Assembly: GCA_019894975.1 (NCBI GenBank)
Contig: JAGXNO010000032.1
Coordinates: 1-45,162 of the forward strand
Source of the DNA: Promethearchaeota archaeon
GTDB lineage: Archaea > Asgardarchaeota > Lokiarchaeia > Sigyniarchaeales > SOKP01
Length of the DNA stretch: 45,162 nucleotides
Reading direction: 5' to 3'
Under the pieces are notes generated by a model, which was not told the DNA's origin, made no database searches, and saw nothing but the letters and a program-made list of their open reading frames with translations. The position numbers and the translations under genes are program-made. Positions 18,657-27,853 of this stretch are shown piece after piece (within the stretch, counting starts at the first letter, position 1; the number at the start of each line of letters is the position of its first letter).

Positions 18657-19955
18657 ATGAAAATCAAATTTGCACATATTTCTGATGTTCATTTAGGTGC
18701 ATGGCGTAGTGAACGAATGAACAAATTAGGATATAAAGCATTCGAAGAAGTGGTCAATAACGTCATTAAGGAAAATGTAGATTTTGTTATTATTAGTGGA
18801 GATTTATACGATGTAAGCAATCCAAATGTAGAAGTTATAGATTTAGCTACAAGGGAATTGAAAAAATTAAAAGATCTTGAAATCCCCGTATATGGGATAA
18901 TGGGTTCACATGATTTTTCTCCGTCAAACAAATCAATGGTCAGACCTTTGATTACAGCAGGTTTATTTATAGATGTTTGGGATCCAGAGCTCGATGATGA
19001 TAATAAAATAAGATTAAATTTTCTTATAGATCCAAAAACGAACATCAAATTAACAGGTTTAAGGGCTAGAAAACGTAGTTTAGAGATAGAAGAATATCAA
19101 GAATTAGATAGACAAACTCTTGAGGCCGAAAAAGGACCTAAAATCTTCATTCTCCACACAATGTTAAGTGAATTAAAACCTAAAGAATTTAAAGACATGG
19201 AATCCGCTCCAAAATCCTTACTACCTCAAAATTTTGATTATTATGCAGGAGGTCATCTCCATAAACTACTTCCGGAAAAACTGAAGGTAGATGGAGTGAC
19301 ATTACAAGTCAACGAGAAAAATAACATAATATATCCTGGCTGCGTCTTCCCTACAGATTTCAGAGAGTTAGAAAGAGTTAAACATGGGGGATTTTGCTTG
19401 GTATCAGGTGAAATAAGAGGGGAAAAACTGGTTTTAAAAGTAAAATTCAACCCTGTTAAAGTAATCGATATAAGAAATATCGTTTTGAATTGTAACGATA
19501 AATCCGTTTCTGAAGTTTTAGATCAATTGAGACATGAGTTATCAAATCGAGATTGTCAAGATAAAATTGTAACAGTCAGATTATTTGGGATCCTATCTTC
19601 GGGTAAGACATATGATATAAAATCCAACGAACTTATTCAAAAGCTTAAAGAGAATGGTGCTTATGAGGTGTTTATTAATAAAAATGCTCTTACTACAGTG
19701 GAATATCAAGCAATAAGTGTATCAACTGGAGAAAGTAATGAAGAAATTGAGGCAACCCTAATAAAAGAGCATGCTAGCCAAGTAAAAATTAAGAATTTTC
19801 CAACTGATAAGATTGAAAAGAAGATTCATCAACTTCTCGTTTCCCTTGGATCAGAAAGGCAAATTGGAACAAAAGTAATGGATTACAATGATTCTTTGAA
19901 ACAAACATTTTTAAGCATTTTTGAAATCCATAAGACTAAGGAGCGGAAACAATGA
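18657..19955 (+). CDS. mre11: Mre11 nuclease
   Basis: HISDVHLG, SGDLYD, GSHD, ILH, YYAGGHLH, YPG. Stop overlaps the rad50 start (ATGA). Confidence 0.93.
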   Translation: MKIKFAHISDVHLGAWRSERMNKLGYKAFEEVVNNVIKENVDFVIISGDLYDVSNPNVEVIDLATRELKKLKDLEIPVYGIMGSHDFSPSNKSMVRPLITAGLFIDVWDPELDDDNKIRLNFLIDPKTNIKLTGLRARKRSLEIEEYQELDRQTLEAEKGPKIFILHTMLSELKPKEFKDMESAPKSLLPQNFDYYAGGHLHKLLPEKLKVDGVTLQVNEKNNIIYPGCVFPTDFRELERVKHGGFCLVSGEIRGEKLVLKVKFNPVKVIDIRNIVLNCNDKSVSEVLDQLRHELSNRDCQDKIVTVRLFGILSSGKTYDIKSNELIQKLKENGAYEVFINKNALTTVEYQAISVSTGESNEEIEATLIKEHASQVKIKNFPTDKIEKKIHQLLVSLGSERQIGTKVMDYNDSLKQTFLSIFEIHKTKERKQ

Positions 19956-22039
19956 TCCTAGAGTCAATTGAAATATCAAATATTAGAAGTATTAGGAATG
20001 AAGAAATAAAATTTCCTTCATCAACAATGTTGTTCTTTGGAGATGTAGGTAGTGGTAAGTCCTCAGTCTTGAAATCAATAGAATTTGCATTATTTGGGAC
20101 TTTAACTCACGCTGATTTAAGCGGAGATTCTCTTTTAAGAAGGGGAAAAGGCACTGCTTCAGTTAATTTAACATTTTTAATTGATGGTAAGAAATATTCA
20201 ATTAAGCGCAGTTTATCAAAAGATAGAAAGGGAAATGTTTCCCAAAAAGAATGTGTTTTTATTGATCATGATAATGGAACAAGTATTACTTATGCCCCTA
20301 CAGATATGCGCAGAAAAATATTGTCTCTGCTCTCATATTCTGTCCCTCGATATGAAAAAGCAACTAAGCTTCCCTTATTCAGATATACTGTATACACACC
20401 TCAAGAACAGATAAAAGAAATCATTCAAGCAGAACCAGATGATCGATTTGAGATTCTAAAAGAAGTTTTTGGGATTGAAAAATATGAAATTACGTTGAGA
20501 AATATAGATTTCATCAAAGATTTCCTAAATGATAGAGTAAAGGAATATAAGATCAGAATTGAGCAGATTGGTGATCCTGAGGAAAAAATTCTTCAGCAGA
20601 AGAAAGAAATAGTGCAAACAAAACAGAAAATTAGTAAAATTGAAAATGAAATTAGTACAAAAGAAAAGGATATAACTTCTCAAGAATTAGTTGTTGAAGA
20701 ATTTCAAAAAGATTTGGATAATTTTTTAAAAAAATTTGCACAAATTGAAAATAAGGAGTCCAATATCCTTGAATATAGAGCTAAACAAAAGAAAATTAAA
20801 ACTGCACTAAATAAAATTCAAAAAGAAATAGTTGAAAAAGAAGGAGAGTTAAAGGAATTAAAGGATATAATAATACCTACAAAACTTAGCGAAGCTCAAT
20901 TAGAATCTCAATTGGAACAATTACAAAATTTGAAGTCTCAAAAAGAAAAAGAGAGTGCTGTTGTAAAAAAAGTATTAGCAGACGTAGATAAATTATTGAA
21001 GGAAGGGAAATGTGCTTTATGTGGTCAAGCGATTCATGAGAAAGATAGATTTGAAAAGGAATTTCAAGAAGCAAAAATAAAAATAGGAAATCTTACAAAT
21101 GAAATCGATAATCTACTGTTAAAAGTGAATGAACAAAAGAAACTGCTTAAAATCAAACGTGAATCCCAGAAAGTTAAAAATAAAAAAGATTCGTTAAATA
21201 ATCTAATTTCAGAAAAGCAGAAAAGACTAACAGATTTGAATTCTCGAATAAATGAACTGTTTGTTAATATCAATAATAATCAAGAAGATATACTTACTAT
21301 CTTATCAAAATATAAAAATACCAACTTACTCAAATTTAAAGGCATGGGAGAAGAGATAAAAGTTAAACTTAAAACAGAAAAAAAAGCTCTAAATGAACTG
21401 AGCTTGGGAAAAGAATCATCTGGAAAAGAGTTAAGTGCCCAAAACAAAACTCTTGAATATTTACAGAAGGAACTAGCAGAAATAAATTCGAATATAGAAC
21501 TAAAAAAGGAAATACAAGGTGATTTAACCCATTACTCCCAACTTAAAAATTGGGTTGGCGAGGGATTCCCTGTGTTAATCAGAGATATCGAAAAAAGAAT
21601 ACTTTCCTCAAGTGCGCATCAATTTAATTCCTACTTTAAAGAATGGTTTCATGAATTAGTAGAAGATAGAAATATTGAAGTTGAGATTAAAACTGATGAT
21701 TTCCAACCTATCATTCATGTTAACGGTTATGAATCACCATTCAAAGACTTATCTGGGGGAGAAAAAAGCGCTCTTTCTTTAGCTTATAGATTAGCTTTAA
21801 ACAAAATTATTAATGAGAGATATCAAGAAGTAAAAACAAAAGGTCTTCTGATTTTAGATGAACCAACAGATGGTTTCAGCCAGCAACAAATTAATCGAAT
21901 GCAGCCTATATTTGAAAAATTAAATACTTCTCAAATGATAATTATATCTCATGAAAGAAATCTTGATTCGTTCGTAACTGACATATTTCATTTTCAGAAA
22001 GAAAATCACATTACCAAGGTTAAAAAAGAAACTAGCTAG
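19952..22039 (+). CDS. rad50: Rad50 ATPase (short coiled coil)
   Basis: NIRS, GDVGSGKSS, Q-loop YTPQEQI, coiled coil with Zn hook CALCGQ, LSGGE, LILDEPT, IIISH. Confidence 0.94.
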   Translation: MILESIEISNIRSIRNEEIKFPSSTMLFFGDVGSGKSSVLKSIEFALFGTLTHADLSGDSLLRRGKGTASVNLTFLIDGKKYSIKRSLSKDRKGNVSQKECVFIDHDNGTSITYAPTDMRRKILSLLSYSVPRYEKATKLPLFRYTVYTPQEQIKEIIQAEPDDRFEILKEVFGIEKYEITLRNIDFIKDFLNDRVKEYKIRIEQIGDPEEKILQQKKEIVQTKQKISKIENEISTKEKDITSQELVVEEFQKDLDNFLKKFAQIENKESNILEYRAKQKKIKTALNKIQKEIVEKEGELKELKDIIIPTKLSEAQLESQLEQLQNLKSQKEKESAVVKKVLADVDKLLKEGKCALCGQAIHEKDRFEKEFQEAKIKIGNLTNEIDNLLLKVNEQKKLLKIKRESQKVKNKKDSLNNLISEKQKRLTDLNSRINELFVNINNNQEDILTILSKYKNTNLLKFKGMGEEIKVKLKTEKKALNELSLGKESSGKELSAQNKTLEYLQKELAEINSNIELKKEIQGDLTHYSQLKNWVGEGFPVLIRDIEKRILSSSAHQFNSYFKEWFHELVEDRNIEVEIKTDDFQPIIHVNGYESPFKDLSGGEKSALSLAYRLALNKIINERYQEVKTKGLLILDEPTDGFSQQQINRMQPIFEKLNTSQMIIISHERNLDSFVTDIFHFQKENHITKVKKETS

Positions 22040-23397
22040 ATTTCTGAATTTAATGGTTCCCCACACTTAGGGCATCTTTTAGTGGAGGGGGAACATAGTA
22101 ATCCACAGAAATGACAAGGAGTTCTTGTTACTTTTGTTTCATTGATATCTAACATCTTTAATTGTGTTATAACCTTAGATTTCGATATATCTCTTTTTAT
22201 CTTCCTCGTTGGTGAGAAAATCTCATGGATAACAACATTTCCATATTTTCCTACGTGTACTTCGACTTTGTTTTTGTAACCTAATGTAAGATATCCGTTT
22301 ATAATTTCTACCGTCGAGTTTTTTGTTAAATTCTCATCTTGAAATAATCGTTTCCTTATTTCATCATTCCATATAACAACGCGAACAATTCCAGATTGAT
22401 CTTCTACCATAAAGGATGCAAAGGAGCCTTTTGAACCATCAGCTCTTTCAAAACTGTGTCTCTTACCTACTTCTTTCACTGTTCCAATAATATTTATACA
22501 TTGAAGATCCAGATCATTACTAATCTCTTTTACTCTTGATTTCTGAGATATCTTACTTTTGTAAATTTTATTAAGGAAGTGTATCAAATGAGGGAATCCA
22601 CTATATGAAGAAGTAAAATAGTCTTTTAACTCAGAAGTAGACATCTTTTTATGCAAACCCCCTAATTCTAATAGGCTAAAAAGAAATATGACAAATTCTT
22701 CTCGAAGTTTTTCATATTTGGTGATATAATATCCCGTAGTCCTAAAAACGATAGTTTCCTCGAAATACCCATTCAAATCCTCAATTTTTCTTACTATCTC
22801 ACTCGTCTCTTTTATTTTTTGTCCAATGTGTAGAACCCTCGTATCTGTAAAACTCTTATTAAAATATATACAAGTGTAGAACCCAATTTTAAATACCGCT
22901 TTTGAAAATTCTTTCTTCGCAACATTCTGGTTTTTTTCTCCGAGACTTTTATCGAGGTGATACAAACCTCTAGCTAAAATATCATCAAAATCAAATTCTA
23001 AGCTTTTAATATTTGGCAATTGATCTCGAATATCCTTCCCATAGAGCAACGTAGAGTTTTTAGGGTATTTAATATCTAGTATGCTCCATTCATAATTTGA
23101 AAATGATTGTGATCTGAACAAGTCTTTAGTTTGATATCCTTCCAATGAGTTAAAACCAATCCATACCTCTTTACCTTCTATCTTTCTTTTTAAGAACTTT
23201 ATCTCAGTCCAATCAACCTTAGGAAATCTCTTTAACGATTTCACAATTACAATGATGTCAATATCATTATTCTCCCATGAGCTTGGAATTTCCTCATCGA
23301 AATAACTTCCTATTCCATAAATTGCAACGATATCTTCTTTATACCTTGCAATTAGATCCTCGAGAACTATCTTTATAACAGTATCTTCTTTACTCAC
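22036..23397 (-). CDS. Pol-beta-superfamily nucleotidyltransferase + helical domain + RPA/SSB-type OB fold + Zn ribbon fusion
   Basis: IYGIGSYF-x11-DIDIIVIV and LLYGKD (MNT-like). INIIGTVKEV..FERADGSKGSFASFMVEDQSGIVRVVIWND..VEVHVG (archaeal RPA OB). C-terminal CHFC..CPKCG. Confidence 0.78.
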   Translation of the reverse strand: MSKEDTVIKIVLEDLIARYKEDIVAIYGIGSYFDEEIPSSWENNDIDIIVIVKSLKRFPKVDWTEIKFLKRKIEGKEVWIGFNSLEGYQTKDLFRSQSFSNYEWSILDIKYPKNSTLLYGKDIRDQLPNIKSLEFDFDDILARGLYHLDKSLGEKNQNVAKKEFSKAVFKIGFYTCIYFNKSFTDTRVLHIGQKIKETSEIVRKIEDLNGYFEETIVFRTTGYYITKYEKLREEFVIFLFSLLELGGLHKKMSTSELKDYFTSSYSGFPHLIHFLNKIYKSKISQKSRVKEISNDLDLQCINIIGTVKEVGKRHSFERADGSKGSFASFMVEDQSGIVRVVIWNDEIRKRLFQDENLTKNSTVEIINGYLTLGYKNKVEVHVGKYGNVVIHEIFSPTRKIKRDISKSKVITQLKMLDINETKVTRTPCHFCGLLCSPSTKRCPKCGEPLNSEI

Positions 23398-23455
23398 TAA
23401 AATCAGTAAACTTGTTAAATTTCATTGGAAAATGGTTGGATGGTATTAAAAAATC

Positions 23456-24142
23456 CTATATTTTAAGAACTTGACTTGCTATCATATCAGCTACATGAAT
23501 TAAAGATGCTAGTTCATTCATTTCTTGTGGAAGGTATTTGCTCCAACTTCCATGATGGAAAATTATACCAATATACATCTCATTATCGAATAATGATTTA
23601 TGCTCACTTAAATATTTTTTAATAACTGCGATGGCGTTTTCTACGTGTCTGTCTTTCCCTGTTAAATTGAACTTCTCCCAAATTTCTGAACGAATAAGGT
23701 CAGCTTCATCGAAAGAGATTTTAATCCTTCTTTCTCTCACCTTAAGCTTAGTACTATAATAAGAAATTTTACCAAAATCATGGCAAATCGCAGTTAATAT
23801 AACTTTTTTTAGCCAAGATTGATCCTTTAGAGATTTGCAGATATAATAAGCATAATTAACTACTAATAGTGTGTGGTCGAATAATCCACCTGGATAAGCT
23901 CCATGAAAGTTCCCCAATGCGGCAGGTAACGATTTCATCTCATTGAGGATAATAATTAGCTCTTTTCGAGTAGTCTCATCAACCTCAACAGTATCAAAAA
24001 AGAAATTAAAGTCGTACAGTGGAATAACAACTAATTTAGTAATGTCCTTATTGATAAAGGGATCACCAGAGGTCTCTTGGTTTTGCTGATGTGAGCTAAT
24101 GAACTCCATTAATGATGTACTAGAATTTTTCTTCTCTTCCAT
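23456..24142 (-). CDS. Stand-alone HD-domain phosphohydrolase (YhaM-like catalytic domain, no OB fold)
   Basis: PAA..FHGAYPGGLFDHTL, AICHDFGK, H, FHHG, IHVADM; AGGGA SD. Confidence 0.85.
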   Translation of the reverse strand: MEEKKNSSTSLMEFISSHQQNQETSGDPFINKDITKLVVIPLYDFNFFFDTVEVDETTRKELIIILNEMKSLPAALGNFHGAYPGGLFDHTLLVVNYAYYICKSLKDQSWLKKVILTAICHDFGKISYYSTKLKVRERRIKISFDEADLIRSEIWEKFNLTGKDRHVENAIAVIKKYLSEHKSLFDNEMYIGIIFHHGSWSKYLPQEMNELASLIHVADMIASQVLKI

Positions 24143-24260
24143 ATCCCTATAATAACTCTTTTCTTATTTAAAAAAGAAGACTCATACAATTTTAAAGGTG
24201 AGGATTAACCAGAAAATAATTAAGTAATTTACTTCTAGTTTTCTTTTAAAGTAATTTAGC

Positions 24261-26429
24261 TCATTTACTTGTTTTTTTCTTTTTTAATAATTTATCTGCA
24301 GTTTGAAAAAGTGATTTTTGAGGACTTTTTGCCACTTTTTTTGTCCGTTCTTTTGAAGATCCGACATATACTGAGGATTTTTTATATACTCCAGGATTCA
24401 ACTCTGAAATAAACGGGGATGTTCTTAAAGTTTGGAATCCTCTAAAACCCTTCATGACAGAGGGAGATATTAGATATAGTTGATCTTTCGTTCGTGTTAC
24501 AGCTACATAAAAAACACGACGTTCTTCTTCAAACCCTTCCATATCTCCTTTTACTCTGGAAGAAGGAAAAGAATCTTCACATAACATTGGTATAAATACT
24601 ACTCTCCACTCGAGACCTTTTGCTCTGTGGATAGTAGACAGTATTAAGGGTTTTTCTTCTTCTTTCTGACTTCCTGCTAAAACTGTTTTAGATTCCAAAT
24701 TGGATATGTTTAGACTTAAATTCTCTAACAATTTACGTATGGTTGGAAAATTTTTGGCATAGATACTTAACTGATTTAAATCATCTAATCGATCTTGCCA
24801 ATTATCATATTTTGCTTTAATGTAATTGGTTAAAACTGCTATTAATTTTTTAATTATCTCAGAAGGGGGATCTTCTGAGGTTAATCCTTCAAGATTCTTG
24901 ATATGCGATATAGTATTTTTTATTCCTTCTTTGGGTATTTTAGATCCTTTTAACTTTTCAGTAAAGAACATCTGGTCTTTTAGTGCATCAACAGGATTCT
25001 CAACTTTGGATATAACGTCAAAGATTTTTGTTCCTGAAGTAGTACCTATTCCTTGAATAATGGAAAAAACACGAGACCATGAAATTTCATCAAATGGGTT
25101 CTCTATTATCCGTAAATGAGCTATCATATCTTTTATATGAGCTTTTTCAAAAAATGCAACTCCTGCTCTTACTTCATATGGAATATTTTTATTTCTAAGT
25201 TCAAGTTCAATTCGTAGAGTGTGAAAACCAGCTCGGACTAGAATAGCTATATCTTCTAAGAGAATACCTTCTGATCTTAATTTCAAAATCTGATTAGCTA
25301 TAAATCCTGCCTGCTCCCAATCATCTCCCACGTTAACTTGAAAAGGCTTTATTCCATTAGAACGAGTTGCTCGCATCAACTTCTTAAATTGATTCACGTT
25401 ATGAAGAATGGAATTATTAGCTAGAGCCAATATTTGTGGTACACTCCTATAATTATAGGTAATAGTATATCTTTTACAGTCCTTATATTTTTTTTCGAAA
25501 TTTAAAATATTCTGGAAATTGGCTCCACGAAATGCATAAATACTTTGAGCGTCGTCTCCTACAGCTATAACATTATGTTCAGGATTTTGTTTTACAATTT
25601 TATATATTATTTCATCTTGAATATAGTTAGTATCTTGATATTCATCAACAAGTATATATCTAATATTTCGTGCGATTAATTGGGCAACTGATCTTTCATC
25701 TAATAACTGATTCCAATATATTAGCAAATCATCAAAATCAACTAAATTATCCTGAGCTTTTTTCTTTCCATAAATTTTAAAGACTTGCTCTAATTTTTTA
25801 ATTACATCTTCCTTATCATATTGAGAATACTTCCAAAGAATTACATCTCGGATTGCTTTATTACAATTAATCGAATAAGACAAGATCGATTTTGCCATTC
25901 TAGAATTAGGAAAGCGTTCTCCAATTTCTTTCACATCTGCTTTCTCAATTGAAAGTTTCATTAGTGCTCTAGCATCCGTTTCATCCATTATTGTATAATT
26001 TGCTTTCAAACCAAGTGTCTTTGCATATATTCGAATAAATCTATTTGCAATCGAATGAAAGGTACCACCCCATATCCCTTTTGGACGCTTCCCAAGTAGA
26101 ATTTCTACTCGTTTGATCATTTCGTTAGCAGCTTTATTTGTAAAGGTAACTAACATGATCTGACTAGGTTTTACACCAGAGGATAATAGTTTAGCAACGG
26201 AATAAGTGATTGTTCTTGTTTTACCACTTCCTGCTCCTGCAATGACTAACATCGGTCCTTTTATATTATTGATGATCTCAAGTTGTTCATCGTTTAAATC
26301 TTCCTCAAAATTGACTTTCTTATATTGCTCTTGCTCTTTTTGTATTTCCAATTCTAAGGATTCAGTATAATCATCATCATAGAACTCAAATACATATTCT
26401 TCTGCGGAATCTTCTTCTTTTGAATTCAA
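24261..26429 (-). CDS. SF1 UvrD/PcrA/Rep-type DNA helicase
   Basis: LNDEQ, AGAGSGKT, TFTNKAA, TFHS, LVDEYQDTN, VGDDAQSIYAFRGA, NYRS, STIHRAKGLEW, EEERRVFYVAVTR. Confidence 0.95.
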   Translation of the reverse strand: MNSKEEDSAEEYVFEFYDDDYTESLELEIQKEQEQYKKVNFEEDLNDEQLEIINNIKGPMLVIAGAGSGKTRTITYSVAKLLSSGVKPSQIMLVTFTNKAANEMIKRVEILLGKRPKGIWGGTFHSIANRFIRIYAKTLGLKANYTIMDETDARALMKLSIEKADVKEIGERFPNSRMAKSILSYSINCNKAIRDVILWKYSQYDKEDVIKKLEQVFKIYGKKKAQDNLVDFDDLLIYWNQLLDERSVAQLIARNIRYILVDEYQDTNYIQDEIIYKIVKQNPEHNVIAVGDDAQSIYAFRGANFQNILNFEKKYKDCKRYTITYNYRSVPQILALANNSILHNVNQFKKLMRATRSNGIKPFQVNVGDDWEQAGFIANQILKLRSEGILLEDIAILVRAGFHTLRIELELRNKNIPYEVRAGVAFFEKAHIKDMIAHLRIIENPFDEISWSRVFSIIQGIGTTSGTKIFDVISKVENPVDALKDQMFFTEKLKGSKIPKEGIKNTISHIKNLEGLTSEDPPSEIIKKLIAVLTNYIKAKYDNWQDRLDDLNQLSIYAKNFPTIRKLLENLSLNISNLESKTVLAGSQKEEEKPLILSTIHRAKGLEWRVVFIPMLCEDSFPSSRVKGDMEGFEEERRVFYVAVTRTKDQLYLISPSVMKGFRGFQTLRTSPFISELNPGVYKKSSVYVGSSKERTKKVAKSPQKSLFQTADKLLKKKKTSK

Positions 26430-26648
26430 AATAATACCTAAGGATATAATTTATATATTTAGTAGTAGGTTGATTAGTTCAAGATCTCATGATTAATAAT
26501 TTTGTCTTTTATTATCTTGTATTATTATTTCAGTGATAATTAATATTGGTTTAAGTAATCAATGATTTATATCAAAACTCTCTGCAAATTTTTCTAATAG
26601 AAACCGAAGATTTATCTATAATAAATTACAGCTCTTTCATTATTAATA

Positions 26649-26942
26649 TTATACAAGCCCTACAAATATTTTAAACGCGGCCGTTTCGTCTCCTTCGTCA
26701 ATTGAATGAATCATGAAGCTAATATCATGTTTATCCCTTATGTGCAGTGCTGTTTGAGAAGAAACAAACTTCATTCTTGTAGAAGTATTATCTCCTTGCC
26801 AAACCCAGACATTTCTCTCATGAACATCGACAAATAGTAGGATTTTATTCGAATCCAATAACTCGAATAAAGGGACATTTTCTACTAATACTGTTTCTTC
26901 AAAATCTCCTAATTCTTTATTAAATTGATAAGTAATGATCAA
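26649..26942 (-). CDS. Single-domain gelsolin-like protein (Asgard actin-regulator type)
   Basis: LLDSNKILLFVD...VWVWQG..TSTRMKF..SQTA..IRD...IHSIDEGDETAAFK matches the gelsolin repeat consensus L.S...filD....vW.G......ek.......i......EG.E...F. Confidence 0.8.
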   Translation of the reverse strand: MIITYQFNKELGDFEETVLVENVPLFELLDSNKILLFVDVHERNVWVWQGDNTSTRMKFVSSQTALHIRDKHDISFMIHSIDEGDETAAFKIFVGLV

Positions 26943-27140
26943 ATTTAATCCGTTGAATTTCTTTTTTAACTATATTATAAATATTTTAATTGGTAATTTA
27001 TAAATTTATAACCTTTTCATGTCCTAGAAGACAAAGATTACAAAAATTTACTAAATTAAAATGAGAAAGCAAGGAACCATAACCTGATAATTATGGGCGT
27101 AACAAATTTTATCTATTCAAAATTGTGTTTAAAAGCAATA

Positions 27141-27308
27141 TCAGATGTTTAACTCTACAGACTCCAAATTACTGAAATAAGGAGTTATGTATCTATTCTT
27201 GTTTTCAAGTTGAACTTTTTTATAATAATCCATAAAATCTTTCCCATAATAATAACAATTTTGACTATTAAATACAGGACAATCTAAGCAATTGAAGCCT
27301 TTACACAT
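27141..27308 (-). CDS. Small Cys-rich protein (55 aa), absent from the ORF track
   Basis: Hand translation: MCKGFNCLDCPVFNSQNCYYYGKDFMDYYKKVQLENKNRYITPYFSNLESVELNI*. Starts 22 nt after the preceding gene's stop on the same strand. Confidence 0.55.
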   Translation of the reverse strand: MCKGFNCLDCPVFNSQNCYYYGKDFMDYYKKVQLENKNRYITPYFSNLESVELNI

Positions 27309-27330
27309 TTTGATCAACCACTTTTACTAT

Positions 27331-27699
27331 TTAAAAATTATTTTGGAATTTCCTTCGTCTTAATGTTGAAATTAAATGACCCCTTGAAAGGAGTTGTAAT
27401 CCAAATTGTGAACTATAATCCCTGGAAAAATCTGTTATAACATTACATACCATAATACCTCCTTGGATTGAAGTATCGATACATGCCTTATGTAATTGTC
27501 GAAGCTGCGTAATTGAAATTTCTCTTTTCCAATCCCGAATAAACACCCCAAAAGTGTTCAATTTATTTTTTACAACAGCATCAAAGGTCCAAGACTTTCC
27601 AGAATTACCTTTAACTTGTACAGGACCCTTGACAAATTCATACTTGTCAGAAAAAACATTTTTTGCTAAATCGTTTAAACTTTTATCTGAAAATGCCAT
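27331..27699 (-). CDS. Stand-alone Mrr-like restriction-endonuclease-fold protein, catalytic motif degenerate
   Basis: VKGNSGKSWTFDAVV...GVFIRDWKREISITQLRQL...GGIMVC...GLQLL follows the Mrr_cat pattern, but FIR replaces ExK/QxK. Confidence 0.65.
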   Translation of the reverse strand: MAFSDKSLNDLAKNVFSDKYEFVKGPVQVKGNSGKSWTFDAVVKNKLNTFGVFIRDWKREISITQLRQLHKACIDTSIQGGIMVCNVITDFSRDYSSQFGLQLLSRGHLISTLRRRKFQNNF

Positions 27700-27853
27700 T
27701 TAAAATCACAATTGATGTTTATACTTATTCTGATGGTATTATGTAAATATTATTTCAATAATATTTTATATATAATAGTATTATGCAGAGAATACATTCA
27801 TCTCATACGAGTATTGAAATTTGGAGCTTTACCTATTCTTATTCCCGACGAAA

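Noticed and set aside
15901-22039. HerA/NurA as an anti-phage (e.g. Sir2-HerA-type) system
   Set aside because: The full nurA-herA-mre11-rad50 set is the established archaeal housekeeping resection operon.
23456-26429. HD + helicase as a split Cas3
   Set aside because: The helicase is SF1 UvrD-type, not SF2 Cas3. The HD is YhaM-like, and there are no cas genes or array.
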